Shown in pieces: positions 51,536-64,000 of a DNA stretch of 64,000 bases. The stretch comes from Phoronis australis (Eukaryota; Animalia; Phoronida): NCBI GenBank assembly GCA_002633005.1, contig NMRA01000067.1, positions 558,010-622,009 of the forward strand, given 5' to 3'. Made by a program: the position numbers and the translations under genes. The notes under the pieces were generated by a model. That model ran no database searches. It had not been told where the DNA came from and was given only the letters and a program-made list of their open reading frames with translations. How positions within the stretch are numbered: the first letter of the stretch is position 1; each line of letters starts with the position of its first letter.

Positions 51536-54500
51536 AACCAAAAAATATGACAAAAATTTGTGTCACTAAAAACTTCAGTATTCTTCGAGTAAACTAAATT
51601 ATTTACCGAAGCGTTGGAAAAATTGGCGTTCTACCGTTATTCTGCTGCTAACATTGTAGTCTGATCTTGTGCTCGGCTTTCGGCACCATGAAATATTGCG
51701 TCACCTTTTTGCCATGTGTATAAATATATCTTATTCAGTGAGGCGTGGAATATGTTGCAAGCAGTTTATCCCGTTCAATACGCCATCTTTTTGGTCACAT
51801 TACGTGACCTAATGAATGTAAATCCGAAAAGATTTCTGTCCCCTACCGGGACTCGAATCCATGACCTTCTACTCACTGTGCAGACGCCCTAAGCACTGAG
51901 CCATCGGGACCACTGGTCAAACACAGAGCCATCAGGACCACTGGTCAAACACAGAGCCATCAGGACCACTGGTCAAACACAGAGCCATCAGGACCACTGG
52001 TCAAACACTGAGCCATTAGGACCACTGGTCAAACACAGAAATCCAATCAGACTTAGTAATGGGCATCTTATCCATGATCTCCATTGTGTGTATAAATATA
52101 TCTTATTCAGTGAGGCATGGAATATGTTGCAAGCAGTTTACGCCTTCAATCCGCCATCTTTTTTGTCACATCACATGACCAAATGAATATATGTCCAAAA
52201 AGATTTCTGCCCCCGACTGGGACTCGAACCCAGGACCTTCTGCTCACCGCTAGCTGTATGGAGACTATCATCAAAATCCAAATTTGTTTTATCGTGTGCT
52301 TGTCAATAATAACGGCATACTAAAGTTTCTTAATGTTCGCTGTACGTCAAGAATTTATCGACAATATTTCCCGTGGATCCTGGGTTTTGTACTTATACGC
52401 GCAATTGCAGTGAATCACATCTCGGAAATTTCCGATTTGACAGATGACAGTGAATCAGTACAGTGAAATTAAACAACGTCGTTTTAGTGCTTGTAATAGC
52501 TATAATAAATGTTTTTGAATATTACAATGCATGAGTTCCAAAATCTAAATAACACACAGAGTAGGTCTACATTTATACTAAGTTAACTTGGGTCCTATTA
52601 CTGCGCGCTGAATGACAGTAATTGTGAGTGTTGCTGTGTTGCAAAATCTCTAATCCTGGGTCGATTTGAAAAATTCAAAGTTGTACCAATTTTTTTTCGC
52701 TCCTCTTTTCAAATATTACAGTCAAAACTACGTATAACGCTCTCCATAAAAAGTACAATCATCTAGGCTAGATTGTAATCAGCTGATCGTATTTGCATGA
52801 GCGAACCCAATTATCCTCACTCGTGACTCGATGAATAGAGCAGGTAGGTGGGATCCCTTTGATCGTGAGCTGAGTGCGACACAGCCAAGATGGATAAATA
52901 GGGTCTTGTTCAGTCTGTCAAACTCCACTGTTTTCCCTTATCATTCATAAGGCTTATATATAGCATAGAAGTCTTCTGTGGTTGTGGTCCCTGAGATGTC
53001 TGCTTAGTTTCCTTGTCCGTATGGTTTACAGATTGAAAGTTTTTAAGCATGATTTCTGAGTTTTACTTCGCAAATACCCTTGACCCATAAGTGCTCTACA
53101 AAATTCTGCTCATTAATTAAATATGAATAGCATTTGCTGACATTTTGCTAAACCACGTCTTAAATTATTTATCATGATCATGAAACATTACTGTATACCA
53201 ATATATGCTCTTATTTCATAATGGCTTAAACAGGGATTTTGTCATGTATTTGCTTCATTTCTTTTGTGTATCACAACCCTTTTCAGTTGTCCGATTATTT
53301 TGACATGTACCTACTGAACACGTAATATCTCCCATCTACCTAGTCACGTGCCATGTTTGAAGGGGGCGAGACTCCAGAATTTTCTGGCAAGTGTATTGCT
53401 CATCTGGCTACAGACCCCAAGCTAATGTCTAAGACTGGCCGGATACTGTTAACGGCCGAGTTAGGAGAAGAATATGGCCTTACAGATATTGATGGTAAAG
53501 TAATTTGTGAACACTTGAACAATAAGTGGGATGATGGAGTTAAGAACATAGTGTCTGCAGTGAAATCAAGTGATTTAAGTTATATGTTACATTTCAATTA
53601 AAAGGAATTAAACCCTCTTTTGATCCTTTCACCAGCCTGTTCTTGCACAAACAGGGATCTGCAAACGACTTTGGACTTAACACAAATTTCGTATCGTGCT
53701 CCCACTTCCCGTGACGGTCAAAAGTGAGAATAGGCGAGAATTTCAGGATGTTTCTCGAATTCGATGTGATTTTGCTTTTTTGTAACCATTTCTGTGTTTG
53801 CTCAGGTAACACTTGTCACGTGTAATAGCCTGTATGAAGTCATTTCTGCCTGAGTAATATCTTTCCAAGTTTTTTTTTAACTATTGTTTTCAGCTTTTGA
53901 CACTAGTGTTCTGTTTGTTATTAAACAGATACTGAAAGGGTACTAACTTACAGGACTGTCCCCTTTCAATTTCAGGGTCAAAAGTTGTCCTGCCTGAATT
54001 CTTTGCTGCATTTCTGAAAAAAGGGGTGTCTAAGTTGTAATAAAGATTAGAATCCTGCACAACGCAACTAACACAAGACCTAAGAGAGGTGTACGATTAT
54101 AATGGGCTTGTGATGGGGTATTGTAGGCAAAAAGATTGTGGGACTGCGATCTGTGAGCCAAATGCTTAACTACAGTGGATATACCAGGCTTGCTGCCATT
54201 ATTCCCAGCTGGGTCCGCATTCCAAGGTGGCTTCTAGCGGCTGTTGCACACAAGTTTTGAATCAAGTGCTGGATCATTTGAAGTGGAAAGAAATCAACAA
54301 CAAATGCGTTTTTGCCATCAAATGGTGCTCATGATTAAATAATTCTTGGTAACGAGTGCTAGGTTTTTGTGAGCATAAAATTAGTCTTTTTACAAAATTT
54401 GAGCGGTAGTTTTTCTCAAGGACAATCGTATTTCAAAATCCTTCCTGTCCACAGAGCTAGTACATGGTGCCTTTGTCGCATGCTAAATTAACTACTTGCT

Positions 54501-54839
54501 GTAGTTACTGATATTCAAAATCAATTGCTAATTTTAATGATACCAAAACTAAAATTTTGTAGTGCGATAAGAAATGTAATTTTGTGTATTAAGTTGTCCT
54601 GTTGATTAGTAAAGAAATCATAGCTGTTATGTGTGTTGCTTTATTGTGAAATTTTAAGTTTTAACAGGAACACGGACAAATAGCCAAACCCTTTAGCCAA
54701 TTCAAATTTTCCTATTCCTTTCTGAAGAGAACAATTGGATTTTTTGTGGAAACTTAAGTACCTCACTAGTGTAACTTAACATCCTTTATGAAATTTTTAA
54801 ATTTTCACATAACATACACCCCCAAATGTCCGTGTCTTT
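51536..54839 (+). repeat. duplicate of about 47902-51125 containing DHRS1 exons 6, 7a, 7b (probable allelic haplotig, or partial third copy)
   Basis: Exon 6 53344-53494, 7a 53976-54040 (SKL*), 7b 54127-54260; left two-thirds differ by SNPs and indels, last about 1.1 kb looks identical by eye; separated from first copy by a gap. Confidence 0.85.
51898..52037. repeat. 28-bp minisatellite x5
   Basis: GAGCCATCAGGACCACTGGTCAAACACA tandem; only one unit at the homologous site 48264-48291. Confidence 0.9.
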
Positions 54840-56410
54840 GAATGCGGGTCTCGCTTGAATTTTAGGTCCCACAATGTATTTAGGCAAAAATAAAATTCTA
54901 CGAGCCGTCTACTTTCATATAATATAAATTATACTTTTATTGGTCAATTTTATAGTATTGTAGGTATTTGGATAAATACACTGGCTTTTCTGTAAGGTCC
55001 GGAAAACATTAAGTTCTCTCTGCAATAGCGCGGATAAGTATGGTAATCGTCGTATTCCGCGAAGTCTTTCCCCACGTTACATATACCAATTTTGTTTGTT
55101 ATTAAAAAATGTCAGTTTTGCAATAGGATGTATTGAAAAACTGTGAAAAGTAGCTTGTGAGCCACTTAATACAATTAACTCTCGGTCACTGTCACATTTT
55201 TATTATAAATAATCGTGATCCATTATTATAAGAAAGAATGAACATCATATACAGTCTCTGTACATATTAACAGTATCTACAAATGTGTGTCACACAATAC
55301 ACCCACAGGTGGCGTATTATTACCAGTTCCTAAGACAACTTAGAACTACAGATTTGGGCATTCCATGACTCAAACCATAGAACAACAAGCATGGGAAATC
55401 GCTAAAGCTAACTTGGTCGCAAGTAAATTGTAGAGATATTTGGTCTTTAAGTTAAAAACAAGTTCACTGTCAACACAAGTAGCAAAGTTATTCAAACAGT
55501 TGAGCCTCTTGTCAGCTACATAGCAAGGAAAGATTTTTTCACATTGCTGGATTCCTCCAAACTGTAAACGTTTATCAAACGTTTACACATTAAAACTCAA
55601 CGCTTCACACAATTACAACTATGATTTCTTTACAGAACACTGTTCTTTAACGGTCAATAAAATACTTGTGCACAAACAAAAACTTGTAGACACCACACAA
55701 AAGTGAGTACTCAAGTTAAACTTTGCACCGTCTAAAACATATCTAGTCCCCCCCCCCCGACAATAAATACAACTGTTTTATTGACGGCTGTAGCTAAAGC
55801 AATTGTAGGTTGACATTGTGAAGGCAAAGCTGTGCTTACAGAATGAAATGTGACAGTTAATGTAAACTTTACCACGGGCTGAATTTTCAATCAATCGCCA
55901 GCTTAATAAACCACAATACTGTGTGTCCCGACTTGTTTTAACTACGATTGGGTGTACGAGATTTGATAAAACGGACCTTGTTTATTTTGTAAGCATTATG
56001 CGGCCCAAGTAGTTACTAGTCAAAAATATAGTCTCACTATTCAAATAAACTTACTCGTCAAATACCATTACAAAGAAGCCTGCAATGATGATAAAAAGGA
56101 AGACTCTAATATATTTTATGTATAATCAAGACATTCACACATAAGTTAAGATTCTGATAAGTAGAAGAAATTTGTGAAATTAAAGTTCAAATAACAACAG
56201 CCACATGTTTAGCGTGTCGTAAAATAAAATCACTTTGCAGCTACACATCACGTTTACGCAACGATCGCGTACTTTGACAGCCACATCCTTTGATGGTCAC
56301 TGTGCAGTGCGTACACAGAAGGAACTCTGCAGTGTGTGGTCTCCTTTGTCTCTCGCGGCTTTCCGTAGCGAAGAACACTACTGGTCTACTTTGTTAAGTC
56401 GTTCCAGATT

Positions 56411-59400
56411 TCACACCTTTGACGTCTGGAATAACACAAACTCACTGTAACTGTCAGTCCAACACTAAATCTCTATAACAATCAAAACTAAGACTAACAC
56501 CGACAAGGATTACATATAGCGTGCTTATAAACTACAGCAAGTTTGACAAGACAACTCAAAATGTGACAGTTTGTGCATGTGATTAGTTTCAAGTCTCTAA
56601 GTTGCACTGTCAGTAAACTTGACCACAGGCAGGTCTACAGCGGAGCAATTTTCATTATGGTGACATTATCTTGTGTTGATGCAAGACTGGTTTTATGTCA
56701 ATGTACTAAGACAATTATATACTTAACACAGCCCACTAACAGTTTAAATGTGAAACCAAGAAAAAGTCTTTAAGCTTTTCAAACTGCACTTAAATAAATC
56801 TTTGTCACGACAGCATAAATTTCAGTTTTCATTCGGAGAGGTAACCAGCAATTGAAATGAAAAATCAAAAAAAAATTTGTAGGACTAGTCAGCCCTATAC
56901 TTTTGAGAAATATTTTTGTTTCGTTTCCGTATGTTTTTGAGACGAAGGGGAATAAAATACGATAGAGCGAGAGAAGTTTTGAGAATGATTTTGTAGGAGT
57001 CGTGACGTGGTCAAGCTTTGAATATGGTTTTTCAAGCAGAAAGTAATGTAGTTTTAATACGTTATTAAAACCAACACAAGAAATATTGGAAATTTCTTCA
57101 CTCTTACATGATCAAGGGCAATTACACCTGAGGACAATTTGTTCAGGTGTAAAATGTGCTTTAATGACAGTATGCCCGAGGCCTTACTAACAACATGCCC
57201 ACTGCGTGTACACTTAAACAAGAACAGCTAACACTGTGCTACTGCTACCAAATAATAAGAAACATTTACATTTTCTTCATCAATATTGTATGATGCAAGT
57301 GGGTTGGGCCGTCCAGTGTATCCATTCTCTCGGTGTATTGGTACTGTGGTTGGGTACGTGCGCGGTGACGGTCTACTACTACCTGTAGATGGCGCTGACC
57401 GCGGACTTGTTGAGGCGTGACTATTATGGGAGGGGGAGGGGAAGGTTGGTCGGTGATAAGCAGGCAAGTCACCAACTGAAATCAAGGCATTCAGCATGAT
57501 TATTGGGGATTACACTGATCACAAACAGGCCAGTGAATAAATGACGGGCATCTAGTATGGATAGTTAGGCTAACTGGGAAAGTCTGTCTTATAGATGGCA
57601 GGCATTCAGTGTGAGGTTAGCTGGGATTATACTGAACAAGGAGTGCTGGGCCAATAAGAAGCATTCTCAAACCATACCTATCATTACATAATAACGAGGC
57701 TAGTCATTGCAGCTGCATGCTCATGCTATGTTCAAACGGTTGCGGCAAATATAGAGATCAACATGGGCCAGTCATAGACTAGTCAGGACAAAATAATGCT
57801 TTAAGGCTCATACCTCAATAGGAAATCTCAAGCCTTTTAACCAACAATTGAAAATTTAGACATGTTAATTGGAACAACAACTGTCATGTATTCATTCAAC
57901 AATTGAGGTCAGGAATAGTAGGCAACTGATAAATAGGGACACGCTTGTACAACCGGTAATATCTCGGTGTCAGGTAGACTCTCACTGAAATAAGGCAGAA
58001 TTAATTGAGAAGGCATCTATTTGGCATTTCCTTTACAAACTCAGTCCATTTATTTGGAAACAATTAAAACAACTCTGAATGTTTGGAAATGGAAGCAGGT
58101 TGAGTTAGAAAAGTCATATTTGTAACAAAACCATTGAAAACACAAGCACTTTTTAAAACAATTCAAAAAATCAAATTTCTTTGAGATGAGATTTTAATTA
58201 ACGGCACAGATACTTATAATCAATTACTGCTAAGTAGACAAAAATTGATTTCTAAAGTGAAAATATGGTGGTCTTGCGGTTTTCACAAATGCAAAATTGC
58301 ATTCAGATGTAGATTTTGTCAACAAAAAAGCAATTAAAACAATTTACCCCACTAAATTATTATGATCCTAGTGTGGTAGTTGCTGTTATGTTCACAAATC
58401 AATTTAGTGGACAATACTAACCATTTTGTGGAGGGAGAGAGTGGTTTGTGGTCATTGGTTTTGACGTGTATGCACTATTGACCTTGTAATGACTTAAAGC
58501 ACCATTATTACGACTGCCTGCAAATGCACAAAGATGCCCATAAACACAAAGCAATACAAATAGACTAAGAACAGACCGGACACAGACATACTCGTGATAA
58601 CACGTTGCAATTGTACCAGACCAATAAACCAGCTTGCTGAGTTGTTAAAGATCTCAATAAGATAAATTATTAAATATATAAGTAAATCTTTAACTGGAGT
58701 GGAAATATAGATCACAAACATTTTTAAGTCTGGTCTGCACGCCACCTAATGATCATATCACGTGACCTAATGAATATAAGTCCTTCTGCACAGTTAGCAG
58801 CAGGTCCTGGGTTCGAGTCCCGGTCAGGGCCAGAAATCTTTTCAGACTTATGTTCATTAGGTCTCGTGATGTAATCAACAGGTGGCGTGCAGACCAGACT
58901 TAAAAATGTTTATGTAGACAAATTATTGTTGAGTTTTCCGATTCAGTGAGCTGGCTTCCTTGACAATGTCAACTTAAGCCTCGCATAGCAATGAAACTGA
59001 ATGTGGTAGTAGCCGTGAGAATGTCCATTTTTGGCTTGGAGACACTATATCAAATACAGCGATAAGTCTGCTCATCCTGCAAGGTTGTGAGTATGTCTGC
59101 ATGTAAGGTTTAAATAAAGCACACAACATGTAACATACAACAAGATGCAAAACCCTCTCACTCCAAACTTACCATATTTTATTAATTATTTTTTAATGTT
59201 TATTGCATACAAAGATAATTTCATATATCCACATTCTACAAAATGAGCTAGGCAGACATTCTTGGATTGCAATTTTACATTTACATAACTTTCAAAATTC
59301 TTCAGCAGTGACACTTTTTTTTAACAAAGTCTGCCAGGTAACAGCCACATGCGAGCTATAATTAGACCTGTGTATCAAAAGCCACAGATCACGTCTACTG

Positions 59401-62400
59401 AATGTGTTAAAGGTCACAGGTCACAGGTCACCTACCTTGGCTTTGCAGCTGCTTCTTTCTATGAGACTTTGGGTAAGGTTTATGGGGTATTGTACTAAAA
59501 TTGCTATCTGTGCTGTATGGACTGGTGGGCCGCTGAGGCCTCTCTCGCCTCTTCCTGTGTCGCTGCTGACCACCTGAGAAAAAACAAGGGAGGGGATCAG
59601 TACCAGCAATGGCAGGACTGTTGCAGGGGTACTTGGGTGCTGTTTTCATTATTCAGCTGGACAATCGCCAAGACTATAACTCAGTAGCATACTTCATTGA
59701 ACGCATTCCTCTTATGGCATTCTCAATCTTCCCATATTTACAAAACAAGCAACATGCATTCATTGAAGCTATCTGACAAGATCGACCGTCTTATTGTTAC
59801 AATATTCCTAAAGGACGATAATGAAATTTCAAAATTTGATATTTCTAATATGTTAGACAGTCATTCTGAATGGTGCAATTGCAATTTATGCAGCACCCAG
59901 AGCAAATAAAATACACATTTTCAAAAGTAAGTTTTCTAGTTTTTAAAATACCAATCTTTCGCAACTCTGCACATATTTCCTCAAACTGCACCACACAAAA
60001 TACTATGCCACGTAAGAACACCCCATGTCATACACCAGACTGGCTGACACAGTCCATACTTACTGCCAGTTTGAGGGTCCACCACAGTGGACCCGACCAC
60101 AGTCATGCCTGATAATTCTGCTGCTCGAGCCACGGCACTGGCAAAGTCAGCCTCGGCAAGAAATGAGCCATCACTAGAGCTGGCCGCACTCGACCGCACA
60201 CTACTACAATTGGTGTCACTGTGATCAGTAACACTGGCCCACGCTGCCATCATGGAACCTGCAACAAACAACAGTGACTTAGCAAGAAGAATTTGTCATT
60301 TGCAAAAGAGTTGTTTGGTCAACTTTACTGCTCTCCTTGGCGAATTTGTAAGACATATGAAAGACTTGGGGGATTTAAGTAGTAAAGGATTGTATAGGTT
60401 AATTCCTGTGTGAAACATTCCTGCATGAATTTTTGTAACAGGTTTCAAACACTTTTAAGTGTTTGATTTCAAAATCAATCACTAAATAAGTTTCTGTGTA
60501 TTATATGTGTTAAGTCGGTGCTACATCCCTTTAAAAATATAACAATGTTTTCACAAAACGAAATGAAAGCGCTCTATATATAGAGAGCGCCACTTGATAC
60601 AAATCCAAATACAATATCACCGACAGAGATGACCTCCGACCTCAATAATGTCCTCTTACCTGTCATAGATGTGTTCAACTCTGCCATATCGACACTGGAT
60701 GTGGGCGATCCACAGTCAGTACGTTGACCCACGTCTAGGTCAGACTCCTCAACATAATCTGGAATGCCTTCTGATGGTGGCGACCCCTGACTGGCATTGT
60801 ACAGACTAAACTCTGGTCCATGTTCCCCTATCTCCAGCCTGGCACCAGTTGGAGACCTAACACTATCACTACCTAGACTGGGCAGTGACGATTGTATGCC
60901 CCTGTCCATACCAGGAGCTGTGGCCGACGAAGGAGATGACGGCGAATGAATCGCGTACATCCTTATAGGGGGCGTTGGGCCTCGCTCAGTGTCACTCTGT
61001 TTGAGTTCATTCACGTTGTTGATTGGTACAAGTTTATACGCCCTAACAGGAGGCGTTGGGCCTCTCTCGTTTTCACTGTTTGATGAGTGTGAATATTTCT
61101 TGGGCGACTGAGATCTATTTTTCCCTCGCGACTTTGATGAGTCTGAACTATTGTAAACCTGAGTCCTGGCGGGCTGCTGAGCATAAATACCTCGCCGCTC
61201 ATTATCAGTACTATGATGGCCGCTACTGGCCTTACTATTAACAGTCTTCCTCGACCCGTTCGAGCCGTTTGACTTCTGTGAGTGAATCGTCGAGTGAGGG
61301 CTGGGTCGCTGCATTGGCACATTACGTCCATAACTCCTGTCTAGCCTCACTGCAGGAGACCGACCCCTTGGGGGCGTGTCTGGAGGTGTGCCTATATCAC
61401 TTGGAGGCGGGTACTCCGGAGGAGGAGGAGCTATGTCCATGAAGTTTACTCTGGCTGAAGGGGGTGGAGCTCCTCGATAATTTGGCAAATAACATTGAAG
61501 AAGAGCATCTTCTTCACGAGCTATCTGACACTCACTGAGAGGACTCAATACACCGTCGTCATGCGGAAGCTCTGGAAGGAGAAAGTGGAGTGGTAACAAT
61601 TTGAAACACATGAATGAGAATTTGGACAGCATCATGTACATGTACCTACTTTTAAACATAGTATTATCAAGAATTGGCAAAATGTTTGATATTTGCAGAA
61701 GTACATCCAAAGAAAATGATTTCTCTTAGACATCAGGTGAATTAGTAGCTGTGACCCAATAACTCAGTGAACAGACTGGCCATGCCCCCCTAGTCCACCT
61801 ACCAGTACTGCCTGTATTTGGCCGACTGTTCTCTGTGTTACTGTCACTGTGCATACCGTGTTTAAGACAGCTGTCACTTGACCCATCACTTGTAGTCTTC
61901 ATGTAACCACCACGATTAATTGGTCGAAATGCACTGTCAGGGCTCTGAAATGCAGCCAATCAGCAGTCATGTAACATTAGACTTCTTCACACTGGGAAGG
62001 TTTATTGAACATGTACAGACCAATCTGTCATTTGTGCTCAACAGAGTGGTTTGGATAACAACATTTAGAAAATGATAGTAAGATTTCTTTCTAAAAATCC
62101 GCTAAATCTTCATAACACAATGGAGAGTATTCTGTTTAGATACCACTGGGAATATTTAAACATAAAATGCATATTAAGAGGACATAGAAGCCTACAACCT
62201 GGCATGTTAGGCCAGTGTAACACAATGTCTATACACGCAATCCTTAGCATACACGGATTTCAGAATCCCATGGAATTTTGCAGGATTCTTTTACAAGAAT
62301 TATTTCGAAAAATCCGATGAGTCCCCATACAATAGAGAATACCAGAAAGCTCTGTAGCGCCTATCGACAGGCTTTAACAAGACATCTGTCAGACAGATAA

Positions 62401-63850
62401 CATTAGATAATTAATTGAATAAATACTGTGTTAAATCATAAGCTGAAATGCTACCATTGGTCAAGAGAAGTCTGCCTTAGAATTCTAATAGAGTAAAAAA
62501 ATGTAATCTTGTGAATAAATTTTCCCTGAATCTATCCTGCGAAGTTTCATGGAACTCAGAATCCCTACAAATTTGCGTTACCACACAAACATTTTTCCTA
62601 GGAAAAATTAGCCAGACAAAATACTGGTATTATTACAGTTAATTTACACACGGTAACGGCGCTATTGTCTAGGTCCAAACTAATGAACTTTGTTAACGCT
62701 CTTGGTTAGTGTTTTGGGAAATAAGCCGAATGAGGACTGAAGAATGGGAAAAGTATGATTACATAAGTATATTGGCCTAAGGGAAGCGAGAATTGGGTCG
62801 TGATGAATTTGATCGTGATGAATTGGGTCATGATGAATTAAGATTCATGCAGAAATGCAGCACTAGTGAGATCACTTTCACGACTACTCAATGGTAAAAA
62901 TTCTCTAAAAACTGGAATACTGGAATTCGAGCCGAAATTGAATTTTCTTGATTTTGAAAATTGGGACATGTTGTTCACCAGTTTTCTCAAATACTGAATA
63001 TTGCATTTTGAATCAATAGTTTGAATTTAGATTAGGCTGTTCATAAATCATAGAACATAAATACTGAATGAGAGTTTGTCACTGATCACAATTCTTGAAT
63101 TTGGGATGGAATTGCCTTACTATCTATTTTTAAAATTTGATACAAGCACCAACATCAAGTAAAATAATTACCTTTTCACTGCCCCAATCTAAAATTTTTA
63201 CCTCATGTTTTAGTGAACAAGACTGCACCTAATTTTATGTCCGGTCCCGGGGTACATGTTAATTGGTGACGTTGCAGGTTTTTCAAGCAAAACTTGGACC
63301 ACCAGTTATACTAGGTCTACGTAGATCTCATTCTTCAGGAACAAAAACAACCATCTTCACAATGAAACAACGCTTTCATGACAAAGGATGTTTTAATTAC
63401 ACTAAATTCGTTTTTGCATCTCTGGTATCACAGAAAAGATAATGTGCAACTTTGCAGACATGGAGATGCAATTTCGACCTCCAGTCATGTGACATTCAGC
63501 ATCACAATGACCTAAAGACATGCATTGTGATTGGCTACTACTCGTGTTCCCGTAGCATGTGATGGACTACACAAGATCATACAGGGTACAACAAAACAGC
63601 ATGGAATGTAAATGACCATAAAGGGTGGAACAAAAGTGAACAAAACATCATAATACCTGGGCTGTCAGTAGGTTATTGCCAGCGACAACGTTAGCCATAG
63701 CATAGGGAGATACCTCAGAGATTGGGTGGTTTTTGTTATAGAAAGTCTTCATGGCTAGCTGACTATCAGAATCCTTGTTGGAGTTGTAGTAGTTGTCTCC
63801 CTTTTCCGCCTGGTTGATGGTGGAGACATCGGGTGCATGTCGACTGTTAG
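56411..63850 (-). CDS. ROBO: Roundabout (Robo) receptor, cytoplasmic-domain exons (gene enters from right edge)
   Basis: Phase-consistent exons 63850-63657, 61944-61803, 61571-60660, 60258-60064, 59573-59436, 58517-58422, 57475-57270 and probable last exon 56425-56411. CC1-like SPYAMANVV, CC2-like DIAPPPPEYPPP, and Robo-conserved GSMMAAWAS...RSSAASSSDGSFLAEADFASAVARAAELSGMTV. Confidence 0.88.
58716..58911. mobile_element. SINE-derived fold-back element with long inverted arms
   Basis: Perfect 32-bp outer IR AAACATTTTTAAGTCTGGTCTGCACGCCACCT, extended imperfectly to about 65 bp; loop contains box B GGTTCGAGTCC. Confidence 0.8.
62789..62840. repeat. short tandem repeat, about 15 bp x3
   Basis: GAATTGGGTCGTGAT GAATTTGATCGTGAT GAATTGGGTCATGAT GAATT. 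Confidence 0.7.
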
Positions 63851-64000
63851 CTGAAAATTGATAAGCTTTGACATAAGAAAATGTCAATTTTCCCTTCAAA
63901 GAATATGATAACACAGAGTTTTTGACAAGTGAAGCAAATTAATATAAAAATTAGCATAACTGGTTGAAAAATTAATGTAAACCAAGTTGGCCTTTTTGAA

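Noticed and set aside
51072-51597. Four ORFs of about 160 aa
   Set aside because: Almost entirely X residues from the assembly gap.
51898-52037. 28-bp repeats as a CRISPR-like array
   Set aside because: Head-to-tail with no spacers, eukaryotic context, no cas genes.
63400-63566. Possible extra Robo exon (acceptor followed by an open frame SITCYGNTSS...)
   Set aside because: No convincing in-phase donor and no recognisable Robo motif; flanking exons already join in frame.

Overview
Eukaryotic, intron-rich, AT-rich animal genomic DNA (invertebrate-like; taxon is inference) from a gapped draft assembly (N runs 7737-8706 and 51126-51535, single N at 35831). Genes reconstructed by hand from GT-AG splice sites: (1) 5' part of a FAM234/ITFG3-like FG-GAP type II membrane protein gene (minus, runs off left edge); (2) a complete 10-exon matrix metalloproteinase with a GPI-type tail (minus) and an immediate-early-like promoter; (3) an internally deleted P-element/THAP9-like locus (plus) with intact THAP + HCF-binding motif + coiled-coil exons but a decayed transposase C-terminus interrupted by two TTAA-targeted MITEs; (4) two tandem DHRS1 paralogues plus a probably allelic duplicate of the 3' end of the second; (5) the cytoplasmic-tail exons of a Roundabout (Robo) receptor (minus, enters from right edge). 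Also present: an L2/CR1-type LINE remnant, MITEs, tRNA-derived SINEs, microsatellites and long palindromes. The most notable observation is that each DHRS1 gene carries two alternative terminal exons; in paralogue B the upstream one encodes a short tail ending in the peroxisomal signal SKL with a TACTAAC branch point and an AATAAA overlapping its stop, and all three signals are degenerate in paralogue A. All exon calls are manual and lack transcript support.
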